In this document: positions 1 to 8,519 of the stretch, one piece after another
Layout of the letters: each line of letters starts with the position of its first letter
How positions within the stretch are numbered: the first letter of the stretch is position 1
NCBI GenBank assembly: GCA_041601315.1
Contig: JBFIIJ010000001.1
Location: 1 to 28,205 of the forward strand
Reading direction: 5' to 3'
Length of the DNA: 28,205 bases
Origin: Gammaproteobacteria bacterium
GTDB lineage: Bacteria > Pseudomonadota > Gammaproteobacteria > Eutrophobiales > Eutrophobiaceae
Translations under genes and position numbers: made by a program
Notes under the pieces: model-generated
The model's database searches: none
Told to the model about the DNA's origin: nothing
The model's input: only the letters and a program-made list of their open reading frames with translations

Positions 1-2589
1 GCGATTGAGCTTACGGCTGAATTTCTTGAAACGGGTGCAGAGTTTTTCTTCACTGGTAATTTTTAATACCATTTCAATGGTGAGATTGTACTCTTCAACA
101 ATCATATTGAAGACGGTGTCTCTTATGGCTTTGTCTTCAACCAATTCTGAATAGGCTTTCGCTACTTCCATATCAACCAACGATAAAGTTTTTTCTGTTT
201 CGTCCATGACTAAACGAAAGATGCGTGATTCTTCAAACATCTTGTTAATCATCGCTTCACCTTCTGCACCACGTTCTTCGATGAAGTTCTTCAATGCCGA
301 TCCAACGCCATACCAACCGGGCACCAGATGTCTGTTTTGTGTCCAGGCAAAGACCCAGGGAATCGCTCTTAAGTCGCTTAGAGAATTTGCACCGAAACGT
401 TTGGCAGGTCGCGAACCAATGTTCATTTTCGCCAGTTCTTCTACTGGACTGGCGGCATTGTAGTATTTAACCAGACCTTCTGTTTCGGCTAGCTCTCTGT
501 ATTTTGTAAAAGCGAGATTCGATAAGGTTTCCATTGCTTCATCAAATTTCGGATGCGGTTTTAATTCATCTTCGTTTAATGACTTAATCGTATGTTCAAA
601 TACGCTCGCGGCGAGTAATTCCATTTGGTATTGCGCCGTACCTTCGTTGGCGTATTTTGAAGAGACCACTTCACCTTGTTCGGTAATTCGCATTTGGCCG
701 TGTATTGAACCGGCAGGTTGTGCTGCTATTGCGCGTCCTGTTGGCGCACCACCGCGACTCACTGAACCACCACGTCCATGGAAGAAGGAAATGGGAACAC
801 CCGCTTCCTCGCCTGTTTTAGTCAGGTTCGCTTGTGCTTTGGTTAATTCCCAGTTGGCAGTGAAGTAACCACCGTCTTTATTGGAATCGGAATAACCAAT
901 CATGACTTCTTGCGTGCCGGTTTGTGCTTGTACTGATCGTTTGACGACAGGAAGACTGAGTAATTCTTTCATCATTTCCGGTGCGCGTTGTAGATCATCA
1001 ATGGTTTCGAATAAAGGTACGATAGGTAGACGGCTGAATTCTTCACCTTTATCACCAGCAAACAAACCAGACAGTTTTGCCAGTACATAAACACCTAATA
1101 TGTCGTTAACCGATTGCGTCATACTTAAGATGGCATGACCGAAGGCTTCTCGATCCAGTTTTTTCATCATCTTCGCTGACATCTGGAACAACCCTAATGT
1201 CGATGTTGATTTTTCATCTAGATTAGAAAACGTGGGTAACTTTTTACTTAACGGTTTATCAAGCTCTTCTAGTAACCATGACTTCCATTCATCACTGTCT
1301 GCAGCAGGTGCTTCGTCTTTACCTTGCATCGCTTTATAAATTGCAGTGAGTGTATTATTCGTTGTGGTTGAGTTTTCACGCAGATCAAGACGCGCGGTAC
1401 GAAAACGAAACGCTTCTGCTTCTTGTAATAAAGGCATGACGAAAGAGCGTGACAATTGTTTACAATCGGATTCTCTTAAACCAAACATCAATTGTTTTAG
1501 ATCACTGATGAATTCATCGGCATCAATATAACGAATACCGCTATAGTGCCCTTCTTCATCGTTATCCAGTGTGCCTTTTAATTTAATCAATATACAGGCA
1601 ACGAATTGACGAAACACTTCGCCCGGATTTCTTTCACTGATATGTTCTATCTCATCAATACCTTTTAATATTTCTTCAAGGTCTTGTTCAAACTTTTTTG
1701 ATACGGCAACGTTAGCGCGAGAGACACTAAGCTTTTCTACCATGTCTTGCAGTGATTCGATATAATGTTCCAGAACAGCATGACGATTTTTTAATAATGC
1801 ATCTTTGGTGACGTCATTGGTAACAAAAGGATTACCATCGCGATCACCGCCTATCCATGAACCAAATTGAAAAAAGGGTGGAATAGTAAAATCGGCATCA
1901 GGATAACTTTGTTTTAATGCCCACTTTAACTTTTCATGTGTTTCAGGAATACGTTTATACAATGTCTGTTCGAAGAAATGTAATCCCCAAACGACTTCTT
2001 GTGCAACAGAAGGTTTTACCAGTCTTAATTCACCGGTTAACCAAAGCAGATCAATTTCATTATTTAAATCAGCAATAAATTTTTCACGTTCGCGCGGTGT
2101 CCAACGTGTTGCTTCGATTCGATAGAGTAAGACATAGATGCGTCGATGAATTTCAAGTACGGTAATACGTTTTGCTTCTGTCGGATGTGCGGTAATCGTC
2201 GGACGAATGTGTGCAACATCTAACAGATCTTGAATTTCATTATTCTTAAGCCCTGCTTCTTTTGCTTGTTTGAATACATTAGCAAAGGTACCCGGCACAT
2301 TTTCCAGACCAAATTCTTTTTCAGCGAGTCGACGTCGACGCATGCCGGTATTTTCTTCAGCAACATTTAATAACTGAAACCAGATACCCCATGCCTGAAG
2401 CACACCCAGTAGTAGTTCGGTATTACCAGCAGGCACCGATTTTTCTCCTCGAAAGTACGGAAGAATTTCAGGGTGTCTGTGTTGAATTACGTTGCTGAGT
2501 TGATCAGTTAATAGCTCGACAACTTGTTTTGCATACGTTGCTGAACTTGCATCGAGCGACTGCTCATTAAAACCTACATCATTCGACAT
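1..2589 (-). CDS. ppc: Phosphoenolpyruvate carboxylase, 3'-truncated by the window edge (863 codons visible)
   Basis: Not in the ORF track because no stop lies in the window. Manual translation from ATG at 2589 (MSNDVGFNEQ...) gives, all in one frame, RPTITAHPTEAKR (~2170-2205), FGSWIGGDRDGNPFVT (~1820-1866), EVMIGYSDSNKDGGY (865-909) and FFHGRGGSVSRGG. Frame was spot-checked at these motifs, not codon by codon. Confidence 0.96.
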   Translation of the reverse strand, partial: MSNDVGFNEQSLDASSATYAKQVVELLTDQLSNVIQHRHPEILPYFRGEKSVPAGNTELLLGVLQAWGIWFQLLNVAEENTGMRRRRLAEKEFGLENVPGTFANVFKQAKEAGLKNNEIQDLLDVAHIRPTITAHPTEAKRITVLEIHRRIYVLLYRIEATRWTPREREKFIADLNNEIDLLWLTGELRLVKPSVAQEVVWGLHFFEQTLYKRIPETHEKLKWALKQSYPDADFTIPPFFQFGSWIGGDRDGNPFVTNDVTKDALLKNRHAVLEHYIESLQDMVEKLSVSRANVAVSKKFEQDLEEILKGIDEIEHISERNPGEVFRQFVACILIKLKGTLDNDEEGHYSGIRYIDADEFISDLKQLMFGLRESDCKQLSRSFVMPLLQEAEAFRFRTARLDLRENSTTTNNTLTAIYKAMQGKDEAPAADSDEWKSWLLEELDKPLSKKLPTFSNLDEKSTSTLGLFQMSAKMMKKLDREAFGHAILSMTQSVNDILGVYVLAKLSGLFAGDKGEEFSRLPIVPLFETIDDLQRAPEMMKELLSLPVVKRSVQAQTGTQEVMIGYSDSNKDGGYFTANWELTKAQANLTKTGEEAGVPISFFHGRGGSVSRGGAPTGRAIAAQPAGSIHGQMRITEQGEVVSSKYANEGTAQYQMELLAASVFEHTIKSLNEDELKPHPKFDEAMETLSNLAFTKYRELAETEGLVKYYNAASPVEELAKMNIGSRPAKRFGANSLSDLRAIPWVFAWTQNRHLVPGWYGVGSALKNFIEERGAEGEAMINKMFEESRIFRLVMDETEKTLSLVDMEVAKAYSELVEDKAIRDTVFNMIVEEYNLTIEMVLKITSEEKLCTRFKKFSRKLNR

Positions 2590-2664
2590 ATAATCTTATC
2601 CAGTAAAAAAACGAAATTGGTTCTTTGATAATAGACGTTTTTCGCCTAAAGCGCCTACTGTTGG

Positions 2665-2696
2665 ACGCGATAGCAAAGAAAAGTTTGCTATCGCGT
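2665..2696. other. Perfect 13-bp stem hairpin between the reductase gene and ppc
   Basis: ACGCGATAGCAAA-GAAAAG-TTTGCTATCGCGT. No U-tract follows on the transcribed (-) strand, so it is not a classic intrinsic terminator. Confidence 0.75.
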
Positions 2697-2721
2697 AAAT
2701 TTAACCTAGAAAGTTGTTTAG

Positions 2722-3696
2722 CTATGCTACGCGGTCGTCTGGTTCTTCACCATCGAAAAATGCTTTCACATTTGCTAATGAACGTAAGCCCATTGCAACA
2801 CGTGTTTCTGTTGTTGCGCTACCAAGATGTGGTAACAGCACTACGTTTTCCATGCTAAGCAAGTCTTCTGTAACGGTTGGTTCTTTGGCAAACACATCAA
2901 GACCTGCACCCGCAATAACGCCGTCTTTTAGTGCTTGAACCAATGCGGGTTCATCAACCACATCACCACGTGCAGTATTAATCAGGAATGCGTGTTTTTG
3001 CATCATTCCCAAACGTTCTTTGTTCATCAGGTTGGAATTGCTACCGCCACCGGGGCAATGCAGGGTGACGTAGTCAGCACCTTTCAATACATCTTCAACC
3101 GTATCCAGTTTGGTTGCGCTGAATTTTTTAATCACTTCATCTGATGGTGGATACGGATCAAAAAAGCTGATCTCCATACCAAAACCAAAATGTGCTTTTT
3201 GAGCTACGGCTTGTGCGATACGACCAAAACCAATAAAACCGAGTTTCTTACCCGTTACTTTGGTTGCCAAAAAGTGCGTTGGACACCAGCCATCCCACTT
3301 CTTGTCACGAACTAAACGTTCACCTTCACCGATACGACGCGAAACCGTCAACAATAAACCCATTGCGATATCAGCAGTACAATCCGTCAAGACTTCAGGA
3401 GTATTGGTAACAACAACACCGGCTGCTTTCGCATCATCGGTATTGATGTTGTTAAAACCAACGCCAAAGTTAGAAACAATTTTGCATTTGCGATCATCTG
3501 CACCAAATATTTCCGAGTTAATTTGAAAATCAGAAACTGTAGGACAGACTGCATCATAATTGCGCATTGCTTCTTTGAGTTCGTCGACCGACATTTTGTG
3601 GTCGTCTTCGTTCAAAGTAACGTCGAACAGTTCTTGTGCTTTAGCTTCTGCTTCAGCTGGCCATTTTCGTGTTAAAAGAACCTTAGGCTTACTCAC
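2722..3696 (-). CDS. D-2-hydroxyacid dehydrogenase, GhrB/GyaR-like (glyoxylate/hydroxypyruvate reductase), probably NADH-preferring
   Basis: VSNFGVGFNNI, Rossmann GFIGFGRIA followed by FFDPY (acidic residue suggests NAD), catalytic R/E/H in NTARG, KEP, PHLGS. GTG start with AGGAG 8 nt upstream. Confidence 0.9.
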   Translation of the reverse strand: MSKPKVLLTRKWPAEAEAKAQELFDVTLNEDDHKMSVDELKEAMRNYDAVCPTVSDFQINSEIFGADDRKCKIVSNFGVGFNNINTDDAKAAGVVVTNTPEVLTDCTADIAMGLLLTVSRRIGEGERLVRDKKWDGWCPTHFLATKVTGKKLGFIGFGRIAQAVAQKAHFGFGMEISFFDPYPPSDEVIKKFSATKLDTVEDVLKGADYVTLHCPGGGSNSNLMNKERLGMMQKHAFLINTARGDVVDEPALVQALKDGVIAGAGLDVFAKEPTVTEDLLSMENVVLLPHLGSATTETRVAMGLRSLANVKAFFDGEEPDDRVA

Positions 3697-3728
3697 TTAC
3701 TCATCTCCTGATTTTTATTATTTTATGA

Positions 3729-3778
3729 CCGCCATGAGTGGCGGAAATACTGGCAATGCAGTCATGCCATTGCCAGTA
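3729..3778. other. Tandem intergenic hairpins between mtkB and the reductase gene
   Basis: CCGCCA-TGAG-TGGCGG (3729-3744) and TACTGGCAATG-N9-CATTGCCAGTA (3748-3778). Confidence 0.7.
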
Positions 3779-3796
3779 CAGTGCCATCATTATCTA

Positions 3797-4687
3797 TTAA
3801 CCAGCTTTAGCTAATACTTCCTGCACAACAGGAGCAAATGATGATGGATTTGGTACAACATGAACGCCACATTCTGTCAGTATTTCTACTTTTTCAGCAG
3901 CACTATCGCCAACCGCAGAAATAATCGCGCCAGCATGACCCATACGAGTACCTGCAGGTGCCGTTAGACCAGCAATGTAACCAATCACCGGCTTGGACAT
4001 ATTTTCTTTTGCCCACATTGCGGCTTCTACTTCTTGTGGTCCACCAATCTCACCGATGATAACCACTGCTTTGGTTTCTGGATCTTCTTCAAACGCCATC
4101 AAATGATCTTTGAAAGAACTACCGTTGATAGGATCACCACCAATACCAATACTGGAAGAAATACCAATACCCACTTCTTTCATTTGTGAGGCTGCTTCGT
4201 AACCTAAGGTACCGGAACGACCAACAACACCGACATTACCCGGCATATAAATATGACCTGGCATAATACCCATCATACATTTTCCAGGACTGATTGAACC
4301 TGCACAGTTAGGACCGGTTAGAATCATGCGTTCTTCTTTCTTATAACGACGCATGTAACGCTTAACGCGGATCATGTCTTGTGAAGGAATACCATCGGTG
4401 ATTGCGACACAAAAACGAATGCCTGCATCAGCGGCTTCCATAATACTGTCTGCTGCAAACGGTGGTGGTACAAAAATGATACTCGCATCTGCACCAGTCG
4501 CTGCGACCGCTTCTTTCATAGTATTGAATACCGGTTTATCAAGATGTTTAGAACCACCCTTACCCGGTGTTACACCACCAACAATGTTGGTGCCGTACTT
4601 AATCATATCAGTCGCATGGAAGGTTCCAATTTGACCGGTAAAGCCCTGTACCAGGACTTTTGTATTTTCTGTTAAATGAATTGCCAT
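3797..4687 (-). CDS. mtkB: Malate-CoA ligase (malate thiokinase) alpha subunit, SucD paralogue
   Basis: True start MAIHLTENTK at 4687 (AAGGGGA SD-like upstream). MtkB-type motifs QDMIRVKRYMRRY, VGRSGTLGYEAASQM, GGDPINGSSF; phospho-His motif MGHAGA; adjacent to mtkA and mcl. Confidence 0.88.
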   Translation of the reverse strand: MAIHLTENTKVLVQGFTGQIGTFHATDMIKYGTNIVGGVTPGKGGSKHLDKPVFNTMKEAVAATGADASIIFVPPPFAADSIMEAADAGIRFCVAITDGIPSQDMIRVKRYMRRYKKEERMILTGPNCAGSISPGKCMMGIMPGHIYMPGNVGVVGRSGTLGYEAASQMKEVGIGISSSIGIGGDPINGSSFKDHLMAFEEDPETKAVVIIGEIGGPQEVEAAMWAKENMSKPVIGYIAGLTAPAGTRMGHAGAIISAVGDSAAEKVEILTECGVHVVPNPSSFAPVVQEVLAKAG

Positions 4688-4700
4688 GTTTTGTTTCCCC

Positions 4701-5879
4701 TTACTTCTTACCGGTTGCGTCTTTCCAGGCAGCGACCGCTTTATCAGCAGCTTCCTGTAAGGTATCAGCCATAATGATTGGAAGGCCACTGTCTTTTAAG
4801 ATCTTACGACCTTCTTCAACATTGGTACCCGATAGTCGACAAACCAATGGCACTTTTAAATCAATAGACTTAACGGCTTGCACAACACCTTCTGCAATCC
4901 AGTCACAACGATTAATACCAGCAAAGATGTTAACGAGAATACATTCAACTTTGTCATCTGAGAGAACAAGGTTAAACGCTTTGGTTGTACGTTCAGGAGA
5001 AGCGCCACCACCAATATCAAGGAAGTTGGCTGGCTCACCACCGGCGTGCATGATCATATCCATGGTTGCCATAGCTAAACCGGCACCGTTAATAATACAA
5101 CCAATGTTACCGTCTAGACCGACATAACTTAAACCACGATCTGCTGCGCGCATTTCGCGTGCATCTTCTTGTGACTTATCGCGTAACTCTGCAATGTTGC
5201 TATGACGGAACAGTGCGTTGTCATCAAAACCCATCTTCGCATCGACTGCGATGATGTTGCCTTCTTTGGTAACGACCAAAGGATTGATTTCAACCATGTT
5301 CGCATCTAAATCACGCATCGCACGATAACAACCGAGGAAGGTGGTTACGGCTTGATTGATTTGTGCTTTATTTAAACCTAATGCAAATGCAATTTCACGC
5401 GCTTGAAATGGTTGCATACCGACTGCTGGTTCAACGGCAATCTTGATTATCGATTCCGGTTTTTCAACAGCGAGTTGTTCGATCTCCATACCACCTTCGG
5501 CAGAAGCAACAACGGTGACACTTTCATTTGCACGATCAAGTACAAAGGCAAGATAGATTTCGCGGTCAATATTACAACCCGCTTCGATATATAAACGATG
5601 ACAAACTTTGCCTTGCGGACCGGTTTGATGCGTTATTAATTTTTTACCGAGTAATTCATTTGCTGCGTCTGATACTTCTTTTTCAGATTTACAAACTTTA
5701 ATGCCACCGGCTTTACCTCTTGCGCCAGAATGAATTTGAGCTTTAACAACCCATACTTCTCCACCAATTTCTGTTGCGCGGTAAGCAGCCTGTTCAGGGC
5801 TATATGCTAAACCACCCGCACCAATCGGTATGCCATAGTCTGCGAGTATTTCTTTCGCTTGATATTCATGGATGTCCAC
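4701..5879 (-). CDS. mtkA: Malate-CoA ligase (malate thiokinase) beta subunit, SucC paralogue
   Basis: [10 protein letters not shown]..., [46 protein letters not shown] (MtkA-like variants of the SucC motifs). GTG start with GGAGG upstream; operon context with mcl and ppc. Confidence 0.88.
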   Translation of the reverse strand: MDIHEYQAKEILADYGIPIGAGGLAYSPEQAAYRATEIGGEVWVVKAQIHSGARGKAGGIKVCKSEKEVSDAANELLGKKLITHQTGPQGKVCHRLYIEAGCNIDREIYLAFVLDRANESVTVVASAEGGMEIEQLAVEKPESIIKIAVEPAVGMQPFQAREIAFALGLNKAQINQAVTTFLGCYRAMRDLDANMVEINPLVVTKEGNIIAVDAKMGFDDNALFRHSNIAELRDKSQEDAREMRAADRGLSYVGLDGNIGCIINGAGLAMATMDMIMHAGGEPANFLDIGGGASPERTTKAFNLVLSDDKVECILVNIFAGINRCDWIAEGVVQAVKSIDLKVPLVCRLSGTNVEEGRKILKDSGLPIIMADTLQEAADKAVAAWKDATGKK

Positions 5880-5924
5880 TAGGTCACCCTCCTATACTTT
5901 ATTTAAAAATTTTTGATTAACGAT

Positions 5925-6872
5925 TTATTTAGCAGCGATTTGATCCGCTTGCGCAATGAGATTGCGTGCCATTTTTTCAGACGCAATATCAATCATCTTG
6001 CCATCAAGTTGTGCTGCACCTGCGCCACTCTTAGCCGCTTCTTCTAACGCTTCTAATACGCGACGTGCATGAGTCACAGCTTTCTCCGGTGGAGACATCA
6101 CTTCATTCGCTAATGGAATTTGCTTAGGATGAATTGCCCACTTACCGTCGTAACCGAGCGCTGCAACACGACGTGCCGCTGCTTTATAAGCTTCAGGATC
6201 ACTGAAATCTCCAAAAGGACCGTCAATGGCACGTAAACCAAAAGCACGACATGCGGTTAGCATTTGTACTTGTGATGTATGCCATTGATCATTTATCGCA
6301 CCTTCACAAACATAATCTGGATTTAAACCGCCGATAATGGTGGTACGTGAACGCATACTTGCCGCGTAATCACCCACACCAAAGTGGAATGCTTCAAGAC
6401 GCTTACTTGAGGTCGCTATAGACATAACATTTGCACCACCAAGCGCTGTTTCGATTAAACATTCAAAACCAATTCTTTTCTCGAGACCCATCGCATCTTC
6501 AACTTGCGTCGTTAACATATCGACAGCGTAGACATCTGCTGCTGTACCGACTTTAGGAATCAAAAAGGTATCGAGATTTTTACCCGCTTTTTCGATGACA
6601 TCGACGACATCGCGATACATATAATGAGTATCTAAACCATTTATACGCACAGATATTGTTTTACCACTCCAATCAAGATCATTTAATGCATCAATCACAT
6701 TTTTTCGGGCTTGTGGTTTGTCAGGCGGTGCAACGGCATCTTCTAAATCAAGAAACACGTAATCAGCTTCACACTTTGATGCTTTTTCAATCATTCCTGT
6801 GTCTGAAGCCGGGACTGCTAGCTCACTACGCTGTAAGCGTGGAGTAGCGGGTTCGTATGAAGTAAAACTCAT
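5925..6872 (-). CDS. mcl: Malyl-CoA lyase (HpcH/CitE family, MclA-like)
   Basis: True start MSFTSYEPATPRLQRSELAVP at 6872 (GAGGA upstream). Motifs FLDLEDAVAP, RINGLDTHYMYRDV, LIETALG, IDGPFGDFSD, GKWAIHP match the Methylobacterium MclA pattern as recalled. Confidence 0.93.
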   Translation of the reverse strand: MSFTSYEPATPRLQRSELAVPASDTGMIEKASKCEADYVFLDLEDAVAPPDKPQARKNVIDALNDLDWSGKTISVRINGLDTHYMYRDVVDVIEKAGKNLDTFLIPKVGTAADVYAVDMLTTQVEDAMGLEKRIGFECLIETALGGANVMSIATSSKRLEAFHFGVGDYAASMRSRTTIIGGLNPDYVCEGAINDQWHTSQVQMLTACRAFGLRAIDGPFGDFSDPEAYKAAARRVAALGYDGKWAIHPKQIPLANEVMSPPEKAVTHARRVLEALEEAAKSGAGAAQLDGKMIDIASEKMARNLIAQADQIAAK

Positions 6873-6910
6873 AGTTATTCCTCTTTTTATCAATATAATT
6901 TAAATAGTTA

Positions 6911-6941
6911 GTTCATAAGATTCAGCATGAATCTTATGAAC
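6911..6941. promoter_or_regulatory. Perfect 14-3-14 inverted repeat 39 nt upstream of mcl (candidate operator or 5' UTR hairpin)
   Basis: GTTCATAAGATTCA-GCA-TGAATCTTATGAAC. Confidence 0.6.
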
Positions 6942-7075
6942 GAGCATTCTTCGTGTTACGTAGGGATGCTTGAGCTGCAGACATATCATCTACATAAAAT
7001 AAATTCGTTATATTGTCGATGCTGCTAGTAGCATCCAGGCTAGCTTGTTAGCATTAATTCTATTTTTATATTTAA

Positions 7076-7088
7076 AATCAATAGCTTA
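7076..7088 (+). promoter_or_regulatory. IHF-consensus site in the mcl upstream region
   Basis: AATCAA-TAGC-TTA matches WATCAANNNNTTR exactly and is preceded by an A/T tract; chance matches are plausible in AT-rich DNA. Confidence 0.45.
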
Positions 7089-7258
7089 TATTATCATTCT
7101 TTTTCAGTGCTATAAACTGTGAGCTATGTCTCAAAATTCGAGCGGGCTATTCTGCCACAAGTCGCACCTGCAAATCCATCGTATGATCAATTACCTATCG
7201 AAAGAAATATTTCATTCTTTCAATAATGATTCAGGTAAGATATTAGTCTTTGATTTTA

Positions 7259-8446
7259 TTAGGAAATACTTGAAAAACCTCTGTCCAGGTCCCGTTTTAA
7301 GTCTTCAATATCTTCCAATCCAACTGAAAGACGGATCATTTGCGGTTTGATACCGGCTTCTTCCCGCTGCTCATCAGTGAGTCGATGATGCGTTGTCGTA
7401 GCAGAATGCGTAATGGTACTTTTTGTATCACCTAAATTGGCAGTTATCGAAAATAACTCTGTAGAATCAATAATATGCCAAGCTGCTTCTTTACCGCCGC
7501 GCACTTCAAAACTAAGCAATCCACCGAACCCGTTTTGCTGGTCTTTGGCTAATTGATGCTGCGGGTGTGACTCAAGACCGGGATAATAAACCTTCTCGAC
7601 TTTGTCATGCTGTTCTAACCACTGCGCTAATAATAAGGCATTTTCACAATGCGCTTTCATACGAACATGCAATGTTTCCAATCCTTTCAGAAAAACCCAG
7701 GCATTAAATGGGCTCATTGATGGGCCGGCCGTACGTAAAAAGCCAAAAATATCGTCTTTTAGTAAGTCATTACTACCAACAATAGCCCCGCCCACACAAC
7801 GTCCCTGACCATCAAGGTACTTTGTTGCTGAATGAATGACGATATCCGCACCGAACTCAAACGGTTTTTGTAATATGGGTGTACATAAGCAGTTGTCCAC
7901 GACTAACAGGCAATCATGTTTATGGGCAATCTCGGCTAAACGCGCAATATCGGCTATTTCGGTCAAGGGATTGGAGGGTGTTTCCAGAAAAAGCAGACGT
8001 GTTGCTGGCGTAATGGCCTGTTCCCAGGCGTCATAATCGATTAAATCAACAAATGTCGTTTCAATACCATATTTACTCAATACATTATCGAAAAGGCCCA
8101 CAGTGGTACCAAAAATGGCTCGCGATGAAACCAGATGGTCACCTGCCTTTAATAGACCCAGACATGTGGTCAAGATTGCACTCATTCCAGAAGACGTACC
8201 AATACAACGTTCGCCCCCTTCCATTGCGGCTAAACGCTCTTCAAACGTTCTAACAGTCGGATTGGTAAACCTTGAATAGATATTACCGGGAGCATCGCCA
8301 CTGAATCGTGCTGCGGCTTCTGCAGCATTTTCGAAAACAAAGCTGGAACTAGCGAATATAGGCTCGCTGTGTTCGCCCTCGTGTGTTCTCACCTGCCCTG
8401 CGCGAACTGCCAGAGTATTTGTACCTAAATTATTTTTATCAGACAT
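7259..8446 (-). CDS. metZ: O-succinylhomoserine sulfhydrylase (PLP-dependent Cys/Met metabolism family)
   Basis: True start MSDKNNLG at 8446 (AGGAG upstream). Motifs EHSEPIFASSSFVF, YSRFTNPTV, SGMSAI, PLP lysine HSATKYLDGQGR, SITANLGDTKSTITH, IRLSVGLED. Confidence 0.92.
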   Translation of the reverse strand: MSDKNNLGTNTLAVRAGQVRTHEGEHSEPIFASSSFVFENAAEAAARFSGDAPGNIYSRFTNPTVRTFEERLAAMEGGERCIGTSSGMSAILTTCLGLLKAGDHLVSSRAIFGTTVGLFDNVLSKYGIETTFVDLIDYDAWEQAITPATRLLFLETPSNPLTEIADIARLAEIAHKHDCLLVVDNCLCTPILQKPFEFGADIVIHSATKYLDGQGRCVGGAIVGSNDLLKDDIFGFLRTAGPSMSPFNAWVFLKGLETLHVRMKAHCENALLLAQWLEQHDKVEKVYYPGLESHPQHQLAKDQQNGFGGLLSFEVRGGKEAAWHIIDSTELFSITANLGDTKSTITHSATTTHHRLTDEQREEAGIKPQMIRLSVGLEDIEDLKRDLDRGFSSIS

Positions 8447-8519
8447 CGTCGATCTCCTAAATAATGAATTAGTTTTAAGAGTCAGCCTGAGTAGATAGTT
8501 CTGAGAGATTGCAGGTTGT

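Noticed and set aside
206-1531. Short + strand ORFs at 206, 647, 902 and 1346
   Set aside because: Antisense shadows of ppc with no recognisable motifs.
3693-3704. Mini-ORF ATG-AGT-AAG-TGA and the 8-nt duplication TGAGTAAG at the reductase start, as a frameshift or coupling device
   Set aside because: The SD abuts this ATG with zero spacing but is ideally spaced (8 nt) for the GTG at 3696, so the gene is intact and the mini-ORF is probably not translated.
4688-4789. 34-aa N-terminal extension of mtkB in the ORF track
   Set aside because: Overlaps the mtkA 3' end; homology begins at MAIH (4687), which has its own SD.
3797-5879. Calling the ligase pair succinyl-CoA synthetase (sucCD)
   Set aside because: Motif variants ([28 protein letters not shown]) and the mcl/ppc context fit malate thiokinase; no sucAB or sdh genes are adjacent.
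7010-7160. Sigma54 promoter for the mcl operon, suggested by the IHF site
   Set aside because: Candidate TGG...GC motifs have GG-N9-GC or GG-N11-GC spacing, not the required N10.
7126-7350. 74-aa + strand ORF in the metZ-mcl spacer
   Set aside because: No SD, overlaps metZ antisense, no recognisable domain.
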